Shown in pieces: positions 12,760 through 24,139 of a stretch of 64,000 bases of DNA. The first letter of the stretch is position 1. Every line of letters starts with the position of its first letter. The translations under genes and the position numbers were made by a program. Under the pieces are notes generated by a model that was given only the letters and a program-made list of their open reading frames with translations, made no database searches and was not told the DNA's origin. This DNA is from Eledone cirrhosa (lineage: Eukaryota): positions 101,990,001 through 102,054,000 of the forward strand of contig OZ024746.1 in assembly GCA_964016885.1 (NCBI GenBank). Direction: 5' to 3'.

Positions 12760-15075
12760 AAACTCGACAACAGAGGAGGACTATCCTCAGGAGAAAAATA
12801 TGGACGCTAAAGGACCCAGCCAGTAATAAATTTAAAAGCATATTACTTGATGTAAGGAAGAGCAATTAGAGTCCTACAATGTAGAACAGTGGGAATTCCT
12901 GAAAGCTAACCTGCTGAAGGCGACAGATGAAATCTGTGGCTGGAGCAGACCTATAGGCAGGAGGAGAGTAACGTGGTGGTAGAACAGTAAGGTGGAGGAG
13001 TCAAGGCCAAAAAGCAGGCTTGGAAAGTATGGCGGGATGGGAGAAGACTATGAAGTGGCCAGGAGGGAAGCTAGAAGACAAGTGTACTTCGCAAGAAGGG
13101 AAGCAGAGGAAAGACAGTTCAAGCATGTTCTACAACGCGAGGCAATGTGTCAAGGAAAACCGTGATATTGTTGGGAAGAAGTGTGTCCTGAATGATGATG
13201 GTGTACTTGCCATCACTGACGCTGATAAGAAGGTAGCTTGGAAGTGTCACTACGAAAGGCTACTAAATGAGGAGAATAATTGGGAGAAAGACAGTCTCCC
13301 CCACATCGATCCAATAGAGGGACCAGCGGTGCAAGTTGAAGGTAGTATAATAAGTAAGGCAATCAAAGATATGAAGACGGGCAAGGCGGCTGGGTCTTCG
13401 GAAATAGTTGCTGAAATGCTGAAAGCATCTGGAACGGTGGGACACACTATCGTCACCCAGATAGTAAACCAAGTCATACAGAATGGGGTTGTACCGAAGG
13501 ACTGGCGTAGCAGCATCATCATTAACTGCTACAAGGGTAAAGGAGATAGGGGAAACTATAGAGGCATTAAATTAATTGACACAGGTCATGAAGGTCACAG
13601 AAAAAGTAATAGCGCAACTAATCAGAGAGCGAATTGATCTAGATGAAATGCAGTTTGGGTTTGTGTCAGGTAAAAATACCACAGACACTCTTTTCATTGT
13701 ACGACAACTACAGGAGAAGTACCTAGCTAAAAGTAAACCCCTATACTTAGCTTTTGTTGACTTGGAGAAAGCCTTTGACAAAGTCCCACGCCCCATTATC
13801 TGGTGGGCTCTCAGAAAACTAGGTGTTGATGAATGGCTTGTATAAAGAAACAGCAAGGTTTAACAACGAATATAGTGAAAAGTTTAGCGTAAAAGTTAGT
13901 GTTCATCAGGGCTCTGTCCTTAGCCCCCTCCTATTTATCGCCCTACAAGCTATAACGGAGGAGTTCAAGACCCACTGATGATCTAATGCTTATAGCTGAA
14001 TCAATGGTTGAACTAGAGAAGAAATTCCAAACATGGAAGTATGGCCTAGAATCAAAAGGCCTTAAAATTAACCTGTATAAGACTAAAGTTCTAGTTTGTA
14101 GGAAGGAAAATAGGGCACCGGTCCCATCTGGGAAATGGCCATGCTCAGTGTGTAGGAAAGGAGTAGGCAGAAACTCCATTTTATGTCCCAAATGCAAAGT
14201 ATGGGTGCATAAAAGATGTAGTGGGATCACATGTAAGCTAACTAAGAATATAGATTTTATATGTGGCCGGTGCTCAGGTGCAACAAGTAGCAGCAAGTGC
14301 CCACAGAATACTAGCTTATTCCATTGCACAGATGGTTCTATAGAAATAGTGGACACCTTCCGTTACCTGGGTGACAAAATCAGCAGTGGTGGAGGGTGCT
14401 CTGAAAGTACAGTAGCCAGAGTCAGAACGGGATGGAAAAAGTTCAGAGAGCTTATACCAAAGGTTTCTCTCTAAAAATGAAAGGCAGACTGTAGGGTGCC
14501 TGCATACGAACAGCAATGTTACATGGCAGTGAGACTTAGGCATTGTGTGCAGAGGACCTGCGCAGGCTGGAGAGGAACGAAGCTTGCATGCTCCGTTGGA
14601 TGTGTAATAGTAATATACGTGAACGGCAAAGCATAAATGAACTAAGTGAGAAATTAGGAATAAGAGGGATCAGATGCTGTTTACTCGAGAGAAGACTACG
14701 TTGGTATGGTCACGTGATGCACATGAAAGACGACAGCTGTATAAAAAAAGTGCAGGGCGATCAAAATAGATGGTAGCCACGGAGTAGGCAGACCCAGAAA
14801 AACCTGGGACGACTTAATAAATTCTGACCTCACACACACCTCTCCAAGACAATGTCACTGGAGCAAGATCTTTGGCGCTACGCAGTAATACAGAAGATCC
14901 ACCTTGCCTAAGTGCAAAGCGAAACCTACAGTCAGTAGGCACCTCTTATCAAAATATACCCCTGTCCCACTACCCTCACCCCATCCACACCACCCCTCTC
15001 GATGTAAAGTTATGTTGGTACCACAACATCCAGTCCTAAATAAATGAGGTTGTGTAGGTGTCACGACAAAAACTT
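12760..15075 (+). mobile_element. RTE family 1 LINE, 5'-truncated, frameshifted (RT + PHD finger)
   Basis: ORF fragments are collinear with 17932-21051 (AFVDLEKAFD, WPCSVC...HKRC...CGRC, LRWYGHV). Confidence 0.92.
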
Positions 15076-15536
15076 TGGTACGCTTTCATCAGATAAAGTA
15101 CAAAGTTTGTTTTATAACTATTGGACATGACCAAGGATAATATACCATATATATATATATATATATACCAAATATATATACCATATATACACCATATATT
15201 ACCGTATATATATATATACCATATATACACCATATATATACCATATATATACCAAATATATACTATATACACACCATATATATACACAGTATATATACAC
15301 CATATACACATACCATATATACACCCTATATATACACCATATACAAGACATGTACTGCAGTTGTAATCTAGTAAATTTCTAATTTTAAAGAATGACACCA
15401 TTTTTTTGTCCCAGAATCAGAATCTGTGGGACAAAGGTGACATATTGACAAGAACAAATAAAAAGCTAGGTGGCTTTTTTAAAAGACAAATAAGTGTCCT
15501 GATTTTTATTGTTACCAGAATGATAAAAGTAAGTTG

Positions 15537-15709
15537 ATTCTGGTGGTATTTAAACTTAATATTACAAGAATTTAACCCATTCTGGTGGTATTTAAACTTA
15601 ATATTACAAGTATTTAACCCATTCTGGTGGTATTTAAACTTAATATTACAAGTATTTAACCCATTCTGGTGGTATTTTAACTTAATATTATAAACATTTA
15701 ACCCATTCT
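15537..15709. repeat. 42-bp minisatellite, ~4 copies
   Basis: ATTCTGGTGGTATTTAAACTTAATATTACAAGTATTTAACCC starts at 15537, 15579, 15621 and 15663. Confidence 0.9.
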
Positions 15710-15864
15710 CTTGATCCTGTCACTCATCTTCTCCTAATATTATTTACAAAGATTCTAAACAAATCTCCGATATGCCCACAAATATTCAGATGATTTATTT
15801 GATCTAATTTGATGAAAAATAAAATCTTTTAAAACACATTTTTCTTTCTTGCTCATACAGAAAT

Positions 15865-16855
15865 GTTTCTGGCTTGGTTTCTATGCCTGAATGCCCTTCC
15901 TAACACCAACAACATTTACAGTGTGTACTGGGTGCCTACATTTCACCTACTTGACCACTTTACAGTGTGGACTGGGGCAAGTGTGTAAAGGCATGGGAGA
16001 AGGGTGGTGTGATCAGATGTGAGTGGGGTGTTAGGGCATGGGAGGTGTATAAAAGTGGGAAGGAGGATAGTGGTTAAGAGGTGCCTACTAGATGTATGTT
16101 TCAACCTGTGCACATAGGAAGGTGGGTCTTCTGTATTATTGTATAGCACCAGAGATCTCGATCCTGTGTCATTGCCTTTGAGAGGTGCAATTGTGCAAGG
16201 TCAGCTTTTATCACCTCATCCCAAGTCTTCCTCGGTCTTCCTACTCCATAGCTTCTATCAACTTTGATCGCCCTGCACCTTCATACTCATCACATGTCCA
16301 TACCAGTATAATCTCATCTCTAGCATACCCCTCTTATACCCAGTTTCTCTCTCTCAGTTCATTTATGCTTTGCTGTTCATGTATATTACTATTACACATC
16401 CATCGGAGCATGCATGCTTCATTTCTTTCAAATCTTCGAAGGTCTTCTGCTCACAGTGCACAGGTCTCACTACCATGTAGCATTGCTGTTTGTATGGACG
16501 CATCATACAGTCTGCCTTTCATTTTGAAGGAAAAGCCTTTTGTAGCCAGCAGCGGTAGTAGCTCCCAGAACTTCTTCCATCCCGTTCTGGCTACAGTACT
16601 TTTGGAACACCCTCCTCCACTGCTGATTTGGTCACCCTGGTAACGGAAACTGTCAACTATTTCTACTGAGCTGTCTGGGCATTTCAAGGAGCTAGTGTCC
16701 TGTGAGCTCTTGCTATTTACTGCTCCTGAGCATCGGCCGCATGTAAAATATATGTTCCTTGATAGCCTGCCTGTGATCCCACTATGTACCTTGCATTTGG
16801 GACATAGGTTGGAATTTCTACCTACTCCTTTCCTACACACTGAGCAAGGCCATTT
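15865..16855 (-). mobile_element. RTE family 1 3' fragment (PHD to tail)
   Basis: Minus ORF KWPCSVCRKGVGRNS...MLHGSETCAL. Reverse tail motif at 15870-15960. Confidence 0.9.
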
Positions 16856-17240
16856 CATCATCATCATCATCATCACCGTTTTACGTCCATTCTTCCACGC
16901 TAGCATGGGTTAGACGGGTTGTCCTGTCGTGGGCAGTGTCTGGTCGGCTGACCATGCCTTGCTCATACAGGAACTGATTTGGTGTGCAGGAGAGAAGACT
17001 GCATTGGTTTGGACAATGATCATTGGGTGAAGAAGAGCCAGGAAATACCAGTGGAAGGAAGTTGCAATAGAGGATGACCAAGAAAGACCTGGACAAAGGT
17101 TGTAAGACCTGACCTCAAAACACTGAAACTCACAGAGGCGATGACAAAGGATTATGATGTGTGGAGAGATGCCGTGCTGAGAAGGACTTGTCTAACCTGT
17201 GCATGGAAAAGTGGATGTAAAAATGACGATGATGATATAT
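16856..17240. mobile_element. Two back-to-back RTE 3' ends (16856-16982 minus; 16983-17240 plus)
   Basis: The first is the reverse complement of 21230-21341. The second encodes QERRLHWFG...RKTW and ends in (GAT)n. Confidence 0.75.
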
Positions 17241-17729
17241 ACATACATATACATATATATAAATATATATGTATATATATATATACACACACATATAGTA
17301 TTAACTTGGATATTTACCATGCGACCCTCAGTTCCTACCCCCCCCCCCCCTCTATGCACTTTAAGGCTTACTACCCTGTCTTTAACCTAATTCATTCAAT
17401 CTGAAAATATTGAAGAGATAAGACACTTTCCCATTCTTCTCTGCTAAAATGTATCACTAGAGCTGATTCCAATTTTTCCAGCCATCCATCTAATCTACGA
17501 AGGTATTTTAGCCTACATATTGTCGTTAATATTATGATGTTCCCTGCTGTATTAGCGTTAAATTTTCCCTGCTGTATTAGCGATAAATTTTCGAGGGTTT
17601 CTCTTAGTAGTTTTTTTCATGACGTTATTATTGTTAATTTTACTGATGTAGTATTAACTTGGATATTTACCATGCGACCCTCAGTTCCTACCTCACAAAT
17701 TCCCCCCCCCCACCCCCACACACCACCAT

Positions 17730-20700
17730 AGTCTATTCGACCAATCAAACCTAGCATGCCATTTCCACTGCTGCTGCTACTACCTGCCTAACTAACTCTC
17801 TCCTCCTCTGGCGCATCCCAACACACCCTGCCATTACCCCACCACCACTGTTCTTCTAGCCCTCAATTTTCCCACCGTTATGGATGGATGAGCTGGGAAT
17901 ACACGAGCAACTCTGAATCAATAGATGAAATATGAATCTGCGAGCTACCAAGCACCCACGTGAAGCGCCAACCCAGAGACCCTCCCCTACGAGTGTCGAC
18001 AAATGCCCAAAACTCCGAGTTGGTACCATCAATGTAGGCTCAATGAAAGGAAGAGCAGGAGAAATCGTAGAAATGCTAGAGCGAAAGGAAGTTGATGTAT
18101 GCTGTGTGCAAGAGACTAGATGGAGAGGAGGGTCTGCTAGAGTCCTTGTAGGAAAAAGCCAGTGCTACAAATTTTTCTGGGTGGGAAATGACGATGGGAT
18201 GGGTGGTGTAGGTATACTATTAGCTGACAAGTGGGTAGATAAAGTAATCTCAGTGTACAGGGTAAATGCAAGAATCATTAAACTCAGACTAGTCCTGAAT
18301 AAGACAATTACCACAATAATATCAGCTTACGCACCCCAATCGGGGCTGCCAGACGAACTTAAGGATAGGTTTTACGAGTCCCTAATACACACTACTGCTC
18401 TAACAGACGACAAGGACTTCCTAATCATTGCAGGAGATTTTAACGGACATGTAGGTAAACACTGCGACGGCTTCAATAGAGTACATGGAGGCCATGGAGT
18501 TGGCACAAGGAATGAGGAAGGATTCAGACTTCTAGAATTCTGCGACGCCAATGACATGTCGATTTGTAACACAAACTTTAAAAAACCCGACAACCACCTG
18601 ATCACCTATAGATCAGGGGAGCACTCTAGTCAGTTAGATTTTATCCTCATCAGAGGACGTGACAGATGGACGGTCGTAAACACAAAAGCCTTCCCTAGTG
18701 AGGAATGTACATCCCAACATAGCTTAGTTGTCAGCGACCTCACGGTCAGAACTAGACGAGCCCTGAAACAGAGGCCAACCTGGAGAAGAAAGATCTGGAA
18801 GCTGAAAGTCCCCTCAACCAGTAACAGATTTAAAGATATTTTACTCAACGCCTACGACAGTAAAGAAGAACAGATAGAGACATTTAACGTAGAAGAGAAC
18901 TGGGAGTTCCTAAAAAATAACTTACTAGAGGCGACGGATGAGGTTTGTGGCTGGAGTAAGACCTCAAGCAGGAGGAGAGTGACTTGGTGGTGGAACAATA
19001 AGGTAGATGAAGCAGTCAAGGCCAAGAGACAGGCATGAAAAGAATGGAAGAACGAGGGGAGCAGGGTACATTACATAGAGACCAAGAGGGAAGCTAGGCG
19101 ACAAGTATACTTAGCTAGGAGGGAAGCAGAGGATAGAAAATTCAAGCATGTTTTACAACGTGAGGACCAGAAACAGGAGGTATTCAAGATTGCGAGGCAG
19201 TGTGTCAGACATAGTTGTGATGTCATTGGAGAGAAGTGTATCCGGAATGATAAAGGTGAGCTTGCCCTCACAAGTGCTGAGAAGAAAGATGCATGGAAGA
19301 GTCATTATGATAGATTACTAAATGAGGAGAATGCATGGGAAGAAGAGACCCTACCCCACGTAGACCCTATAGAGGGACCAGCAGTACAAGTCAGCGGCAG
19401 CGTAGTAAGTAAGGCAATCAGAGATATGAAGATAGGGAAGGCAACCGGTCCATCGGGTATAGCTGCCGAGATGCTGAAGGCATCTGGGTCTGTAGGTCAC
19501 ACTATAACCACACGTATCGTTAACCAGGTAATACTAGAGGGGGCCATACCAAAAGATTGGTGCAGTAGCATCATTGTCAACTGCTACAAAGGTAAAGGCG
19601 ATGCACTAGATAGAGGAAACTATAGAGGTATAAAGTTGATGGACCAGGTCATGAAAGTAACAGAAAGAGTTATAGCACAGCTGATTAGGGACCGGGTGAA
19701 TATAGACGAGATGCAATTTGGGTTTGTACCAGGGAAAGGCACCACTGATGCCCTCTTCCTTGTGAGGCAATTACAGGAAAAGTACCTAGCTAAAAGTAAG
19801 CCACTCTACTTGGCATTTGTCGACCTTGAGAAAGCCTTTGACAGAGTTCCACGTGCAGTAATCTGGTGGGCTCTTAGAAAACTAGGAGTAGATGAATGGC
19901 TTGTGAAAGCGGTACAAGCCATGTATAGGGGAGCAGTCAGCAAAGTTAGGATTGGCAATGAGTATAGCGAGGAATTTAGCGTACAGGTTGGGGTCCACCA
20001 GGGCTCTGTTCTTAGCCCTCTCCTGTTCATCATAGTCCTGCAGGCAATAACGGAGGAGTTTAAGACCGGATGCCCATGGGAACTCCTGTATGCTGATGAC
20101 CTCGCACTCATAGCTGAATCTATGGTAGAACTAGAGAATAAATTCCAAACCTGGAAGCAGGGACTAGAGAGAAAGGGCCTCAAAGTCAACATGACAAAGA
20201 CTAAGGTCCTTATAAGTAGACGAGAAAACAGAACCCAGATCCCCTCAGGGAAATGGCCTTGCTCAGTATGTAGGAAAGGTGTAGGTAGGAACTCCTTTCT
20301 CTGCCCCAAATGCAAACAATGGGTACACAAGAGATGTAGCGGGATCTCAGGAAGCTTAATTAAGAATGTAGGATTCACATGCAGCAGCTGTGCTGAAACA
20401 GCAAGCAAACAGCCACAGGAAACAAGTACCACCAATCTCTGGGAGGGCCCTGTAGAAACAGTAGACAGCTTCTGCTACCTAGGTGACCGAATTAGCAACG
20501 GAGGTGGGTGCTCAGAAAGTACAATAACTAGGGTAAGAACGGGATGGAAGAAGTTTAGGGAACTACTACCACTGCTAGCTGCAAAAGGCTTCTCCCTCAG
20601 AATGAAAGGCAGACTGTATGATGCGTGTATCCGAACAGCGATGTTGCATGGTAGTGAGACCTGGGCGCTGAAGGTGGAAGACTTACGTAGATTAGAGAGA

Positions 20701-21341
20701 AACGAAGCCTGCATGCTCCGATGGATGTGTAACAGTAATATACGTGAACGACAAAGCATAAAGGAATTGAGAGAGAGACTGAGCATAAGAGGAATCAAAT
20801 GCTGCGTGCAGGAGAGGCGGTTACGCTGGTATGGACATGTGATGCGTATGAAGGATGACAGCTGCATAAAAAGGTGCAGAGCACTAGAAGTTGATGGAAA
20901 CCGCGGAGTGGGGAGACCCAAGATGACTTGGGATGAGGTGATAAAAGCCGACCTTACCCAACTACACCTCTCAAAGTCAATGACACACGACCGTGACTTC
21001 TGGCGTCACGCAGTAATACAGGGTACCCGACCTCCCATGGGTACATGCTGAAGCATATAAACAATATGCCCCCCACCCCACCGCAAGGTGGTCGTGGAGG
21101 TGCCACGGCAAAAAAGCACCCAGCCCACACTGTAAAGTGGACGTGTAGGCGCCACGAAAAAGCACCCAGCACTCACTGTAAATGAGGTTGGTGTTAGGAA
21201 GGGCATCCAGCTGTAGAAATCAAGCCAGATCAGTTCCTGTATGAGCAAGGCATGGTCAGCCGACCAGACACTGCCCACAACAGGACAACCCGTCTAACCC
21301 ATGCTAGCGTGGAAGAACGGACGTAAAACGGTGATGATGAT
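17730..21341 (+). mobile_element. Near full-length RTE-clade LINE (family 1)
   Basis: Single long reading frame, structured 3' UTR with the AGGAAGGGCATCC motif, and (GAT)n tail. 5' boundary approximate. Confidence 0.95.
17932..21051 (+). pseudogene. RTE ORF: APE endonuclease + reverse transcriptase + PHD-type zinc finger; one in-frame TGA at 19036-19038
   Basis: GTINV, VQET, AGDFNGH, QLDFIL (APE); FVDLEKAFD, QGSVLSP, YADD (RT). 17932 and 19426 are in the same frame, and the only stop seen is TGA at a position where the 13020 and 35493 copies have TGG. Confidence 0.93.
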
Positions 21342-21459
21342 ATACACACAAAGTAATATAATTGTCTTGGATTTGAAAAAGGTTTTTCAGCATTGTCACA
21401 ACCACCTCTTTTCTCTCTCTCTGTTACACACTCATACCATCCTCTTTCCAACATGACCA

Positions 21460-21582
21460 ATCATCATCATCATCATCATCACCGTTTTACGTCCGTTCTT
21501 CCACGCTAGCATGGGTTAGACGGGTTGTCCTGTTGTGGGCAGTGTCTGGTCAGCTGACCATGCCTTGCTCATACAGGAACTG
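21460..21582 (-). mobile_element. Inverted copy of the RTE 3' tail
   Basis: Reverse complement of 21231-21341 with 1 mismatch seen. Confidence 0.9.
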
Positions 21583-21969
21583 GTTTTACATAAAATATAG
21601 AAGAGCTTTAATCTAATAGATCATTGTAGATTTGCTATGTATGTTGTACTCTAGTTTACTTTTAAATCTATGAAAGTCTTTATAATCACACAACAATTTG
21701 CAATATGTTGAATTTGTTTTCATGTCTCTTCTCTTCCAACAGAATATCAAAAGAAGTTCAAAATTTGGTGTCATTGCAAAGAGTGTGAAAATCAAGGATT
21801 ATTTATTGGTTTGGTTTCGCTCTCCATCCATTAAAAACATTAAAACTTTTTATTACAACTGAAATATCTAATAAATTTATTATTTTCTAACCTTGTATTG
21901 TTTAAGGTCTTTTATTTATTTCTCATATATTCAACAGGTGGTCTGCTAGTAAATTATATTTTTCTTTAC

Positions 21970-22290
21970 CTTCTTCTTTGCCCACTTATTCCTGAGAGGG
22001 TTGTGGGGGAAGAGTCCTCAAATACTTCTTCCAGTGGGTCCTGTCAGAAGCAACTGTTTCCAACTGATCAGGCTGGATTCCAAATGTGACCAGCCAAGCT
22101 CATGGATGTTATCCACCCATCTTGCTCTAGGTCTACCCATGGGTCTCCTACTGGTTGGTTTTGCCTGTAAAATCTGCCCAGAGATTCTTTCCAGAGACAT
22201 TCTAACCACATGTCCATAGTATCAGAGCTGTGATCACTCAATTCGGAGAAGTAGGTGTTTTACCTGGAGTGATTCTCTGATCTCCAGTGT
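21970..22290 (-). mobile_element. RTE family 2 3' end
   Basis: Minus: YGHVVRMSLERI...RPMGRPRARWVD, with an (AAG)-rich tail. Confidence 0.75.
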
Positions 22291-22344
22291 TTAAAAAGAA
22301 TTCACAATACAAAGATAGGAAACTCTCTAGAAAGATATTGTAAT

Positions 22345-22632
22345 CAGTCTAAAGTCTGTCTTGAACACAGAGGTTCATCAGGCTGGTGCTGATTCCAGTT
22401 TCCATGGTATGAAATGACAAGAGTACAAGGCTTCCCCTGGACAGGATGCCAGTCCATCACGAGGTTAAACCCCCAGCTTCTACTGGTTCTCATTTTCAGC
22501 TGAATATACTGGAGCAATATGAAATGAAGTGTTTTGCTCAAGAACACAACACACAATCCAATCTAGGAATCAAACCCACGACATTATAATCATAAGTCCA
22601 ACACACTTACCACTAGGCTACACACCTCCACA
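22345..22632 (-). mobile_element. tRNA-derived CORE-type SINE (different tail)
   Basis: Minus: TAGCCTAGTGG, GGTTTGATTCC, GTGTTCTTGAGCAAAACACTT, GATGGACTGGCATCCTGTCCAGGGG. Confidence 0.7.
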
Positions 22633-22749
22633 GCTATACTTAGAGATAGGATTTAATAAATGGTTCTTTTTCAGAAAGGAGTAAAATTACCATTTACTTA
22701 TAATATTTAAATGAAACAAAAAAAAGGAAAGGGAAAGAAGAGAATGAAC

Positions 22750-23005
22750 GCTTGTCCGGGTTGAGAGGCCAGTGCTTCAGGTGTCAGGGTCTCCACATGG
22801 CAAGGAACTGAAGCCTGAAATAATTTGCTACTGATGTAAGCGGGCAGGCCACATCACCAATAATTGTGACCAGGGAAACGGTCAAAGAGGAGGTACTGTG
22901 CTGGTAGCTACCCCCGGAAGCATGTAGAGGTACTCTTGCAGTTGTGGGGGTGGGGATATCATGGGCTGTTGTGGACATTGGTTGCACAACGGCATTAGTG
23001 ACCCT
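22750..23005 (+). mobile_element. Gypsy gag (two CCHC knuckles)-protease fragment
   Basis: CFRCQGLHMARN*, CY*CKRAGHITNNC, slippery G GGA AAC at 22873-22879, then protease-like AVVDIGCTTALV in another frame. Confidence 0.75.
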
Positions 23006-23025
23006 AGAGGGGGATGAGTAGTGTG

Positions 23026-23130
23026 AGGGCAGTCAATGGTAGGGAGATGCAGAGGTAGAAGTAAGGGCAGTCAATGGCAGGGAGATGCAGAGGTAGGAGT
23101 AAGGGCAGTCAATAGCAGGGAGATGGAGAT
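23026..23130. repeat. 38-bp tandem repeat, ~2.7 copies
   Basis: AGGGCAGTCAATGG.AGGGAGATGCAGAGGTAG.AGTA at 23026, 23064 and 23102. Confidence 0.85.
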
Positions 23131-23330
23131 GGTGGTACAAGAAATGAAAATAAGGCTGTGTCATATGACGGATGGGATTAATGTGACTCAACCTCCATCT
23201 CATCCCCTCGGGGTTTCCACCTCCACTTCCACTACACGACCTACTCATACCCTTCCATTGATCCCATCCTCACCCAATCTTCTTGCCTTCTCATGCGTGC
23301 CTCACTCCACTCCATCCCCTTGCGTAAAAC

Positions 23331-23620
23331 AACTGCCTGGGCTCCAGAATTGTCTACAGATGCACCCTTCATGTTGAGGACAACAAAAAATATATCTACA
23401 TAGGATCAACTGGAAAGGATTTTAAATCCTGATTCTATAATCATGCCAGCACCTTAAAACATTGGCACAAAATATCACAAACCAGCCTGTTGGAGCAGAT
23501 CTGGCAGCTAAAAAATCAAAATCATCAGCTTCAGAATGGAATGGGCTGTCCTTAAATGTACATCTCCATATAGTCTGGGAGGTAGGCAGTGCCAGTTGTA
23601 CCTCTCAGAATCTGCAGAAA
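23331..23620 (+). mobile_element. Penelope-like element GIY-YIG endonuclease fragment (Naiad-like C-terminus)
   Basis: NCLGSRIVYRCT...YIYIGSTGKDFKS*FYNH, then TSLLEQIWQLK and CQLYLSE. Confidence 0.75.
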
Positions 23621-23994
23621 CCATCAACTAGAGGTCCGCGGTTGTGATGGACTGCTTGCACCAAAACACACACCTGTCCACCAAGTACACAGACGCGTGA
23701 ACCCCCTAACTAAAGCATCTAACACATGGCCATATCAGGACTACACCATACAACCAAGTAGAAGGAACCTTCTAAATATATGTATTTATGTATCTTTATT
23801 TGTTTTTTTATATACATACATATGTATATAAAGGTGTATATCTGTGTAAGACTGTGTGTGGCTGTGTATGTACTTAAATATATTGATTGTATTCATGAAT
23901 GAATATGTAAACGTGTGTATGTGTGTGGGTGCACATATGTATGTGTGTACGATTGTGCGTGTGTGTATGTGCATGTGTGTCTGTGTCTCTGAAT

Positions 23995-24125
23995 ATGGAA
24001 ATGTTTGTGTTAACTTTAAGGCCTTTTGTTTCTAGACCATGCTTCCATGTTTGGAACTTCTCTAGTTTAGCCATAGATTCAGCTATGAGAGTTAGATCAT
24101 CTGCATATAGAAGTTACCATAGGCA
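23995..24125 (-). mobile_element. RTE family 1 RT fragment
   Basis: LLYADDLTLIAESMAKLEKFQTWKHGLETKGLKVN. Confidence 0.85.
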
Positions 24126-24139
24126 AAAAGTGGTCAAGC

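Noticed and set aside
19806-20921. Antisense ORFs over the RTE (209 aa, 148 aa)
   Set aside because: Shadow frames of the RT coding strand with no recognisable domains.
21091-21120. Pistol ribozyme (similar CGTGG..CCACG P1 plus A-rich linker)
   Set aside because: It lacks the intervening P2/P3 arrangement and GCG/GU core, so it was kept only as a simple H-type pseudoknot.
23640-23672. Hammerhead downstream of the 23331 PLE fragment
   Set aside because: The core (GTGATGG...AAAAC) is too degenerate to support.
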